Shown: positions 63,840 through 64,000 of the stretch, piece by piece | Layout of the letters: every line of letters starts with the position of its first letter | Numbering within the stretch: position 1 is the stretch's first letter | Program-made: the position numbers and the translations under genes | Source: Tubulanus polymorphus | Lineage: Eukaryota > Animalia > Nemertea | DNA length: 64,000 bases | Direction of reading: 5' to 3' | Assembly (NCBI RefSeq): GCF_964204645.1 | Contig: NC_134031.1 | Span: forward strand, 11,348,088-11,412,087 | The notes under the pieces: generated by a model | What the model was told of the DNA's origin: nothing | Seen by the model: the letters and a program-made list of their open reading frames with translations, nothing else | Databases searched by the model: none

Positions 63840-64000
63840 CCGTATTTTCCGGCCAATAAGCCGATTTTCTAGCCTCAGATTTTTACCCAAAATATCGTGA
63901 TCGGCTTATTGGGCGGATGCGATCCGACATAAAAAATCACTTCCTGATCTATGCCACTCTAATGCTCTCAATGATCGTCAAAATCAAGAAAAGTGGTCGA
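63840..64000. mobile_element. Left end of a Tc1/mariner-pogo-type MITE inserted in the recombinase ORF
   Basis: TA|CCGTATTTTCCGGCCAATAAGCCG with inverted subterminal copy CGGCTTATTGG at ~63902. Confidence 0.65.

Overview
AT-rich eukaryotic (animal, probably marine invertebrate) DNA made almost entirely of nested transposons. Rolling-circle Helentron derivatives (HINE/DINE-1-like, at least four families) dominate; several insert into T-runs without a target-site duplication (TSD), shown by empty-site paralogues inside the window. A 7.5-kb minus-strand Helentron (15781-23266) has no recognisable Rep/Helicase but carries a spliced gene with an NLS, a herpesvirus-tegument-like (C76) protease domain and an OTU domain. 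Decayed Helentron endonuclease and RPA-like remnants lie at 48.8-50.1 kb. Also present: a hAT element with a 6-bp TSD, IS3EU elements (a foldback-like non-autonomous copy and a spliced transposase), MULE, Harbinger, piggyBac and CACTA-type elements, a split CR1/L2-group LINE, a pogo fragment and a DIRS1-like retrotransposon. The only candidate host exon is WWE-like (27387-27583). The most striking unexplained pattern is CTCF-consensus motifs repeated every ~140-155 bp in two different HINE families. All calls are by eye; no database searches were run.
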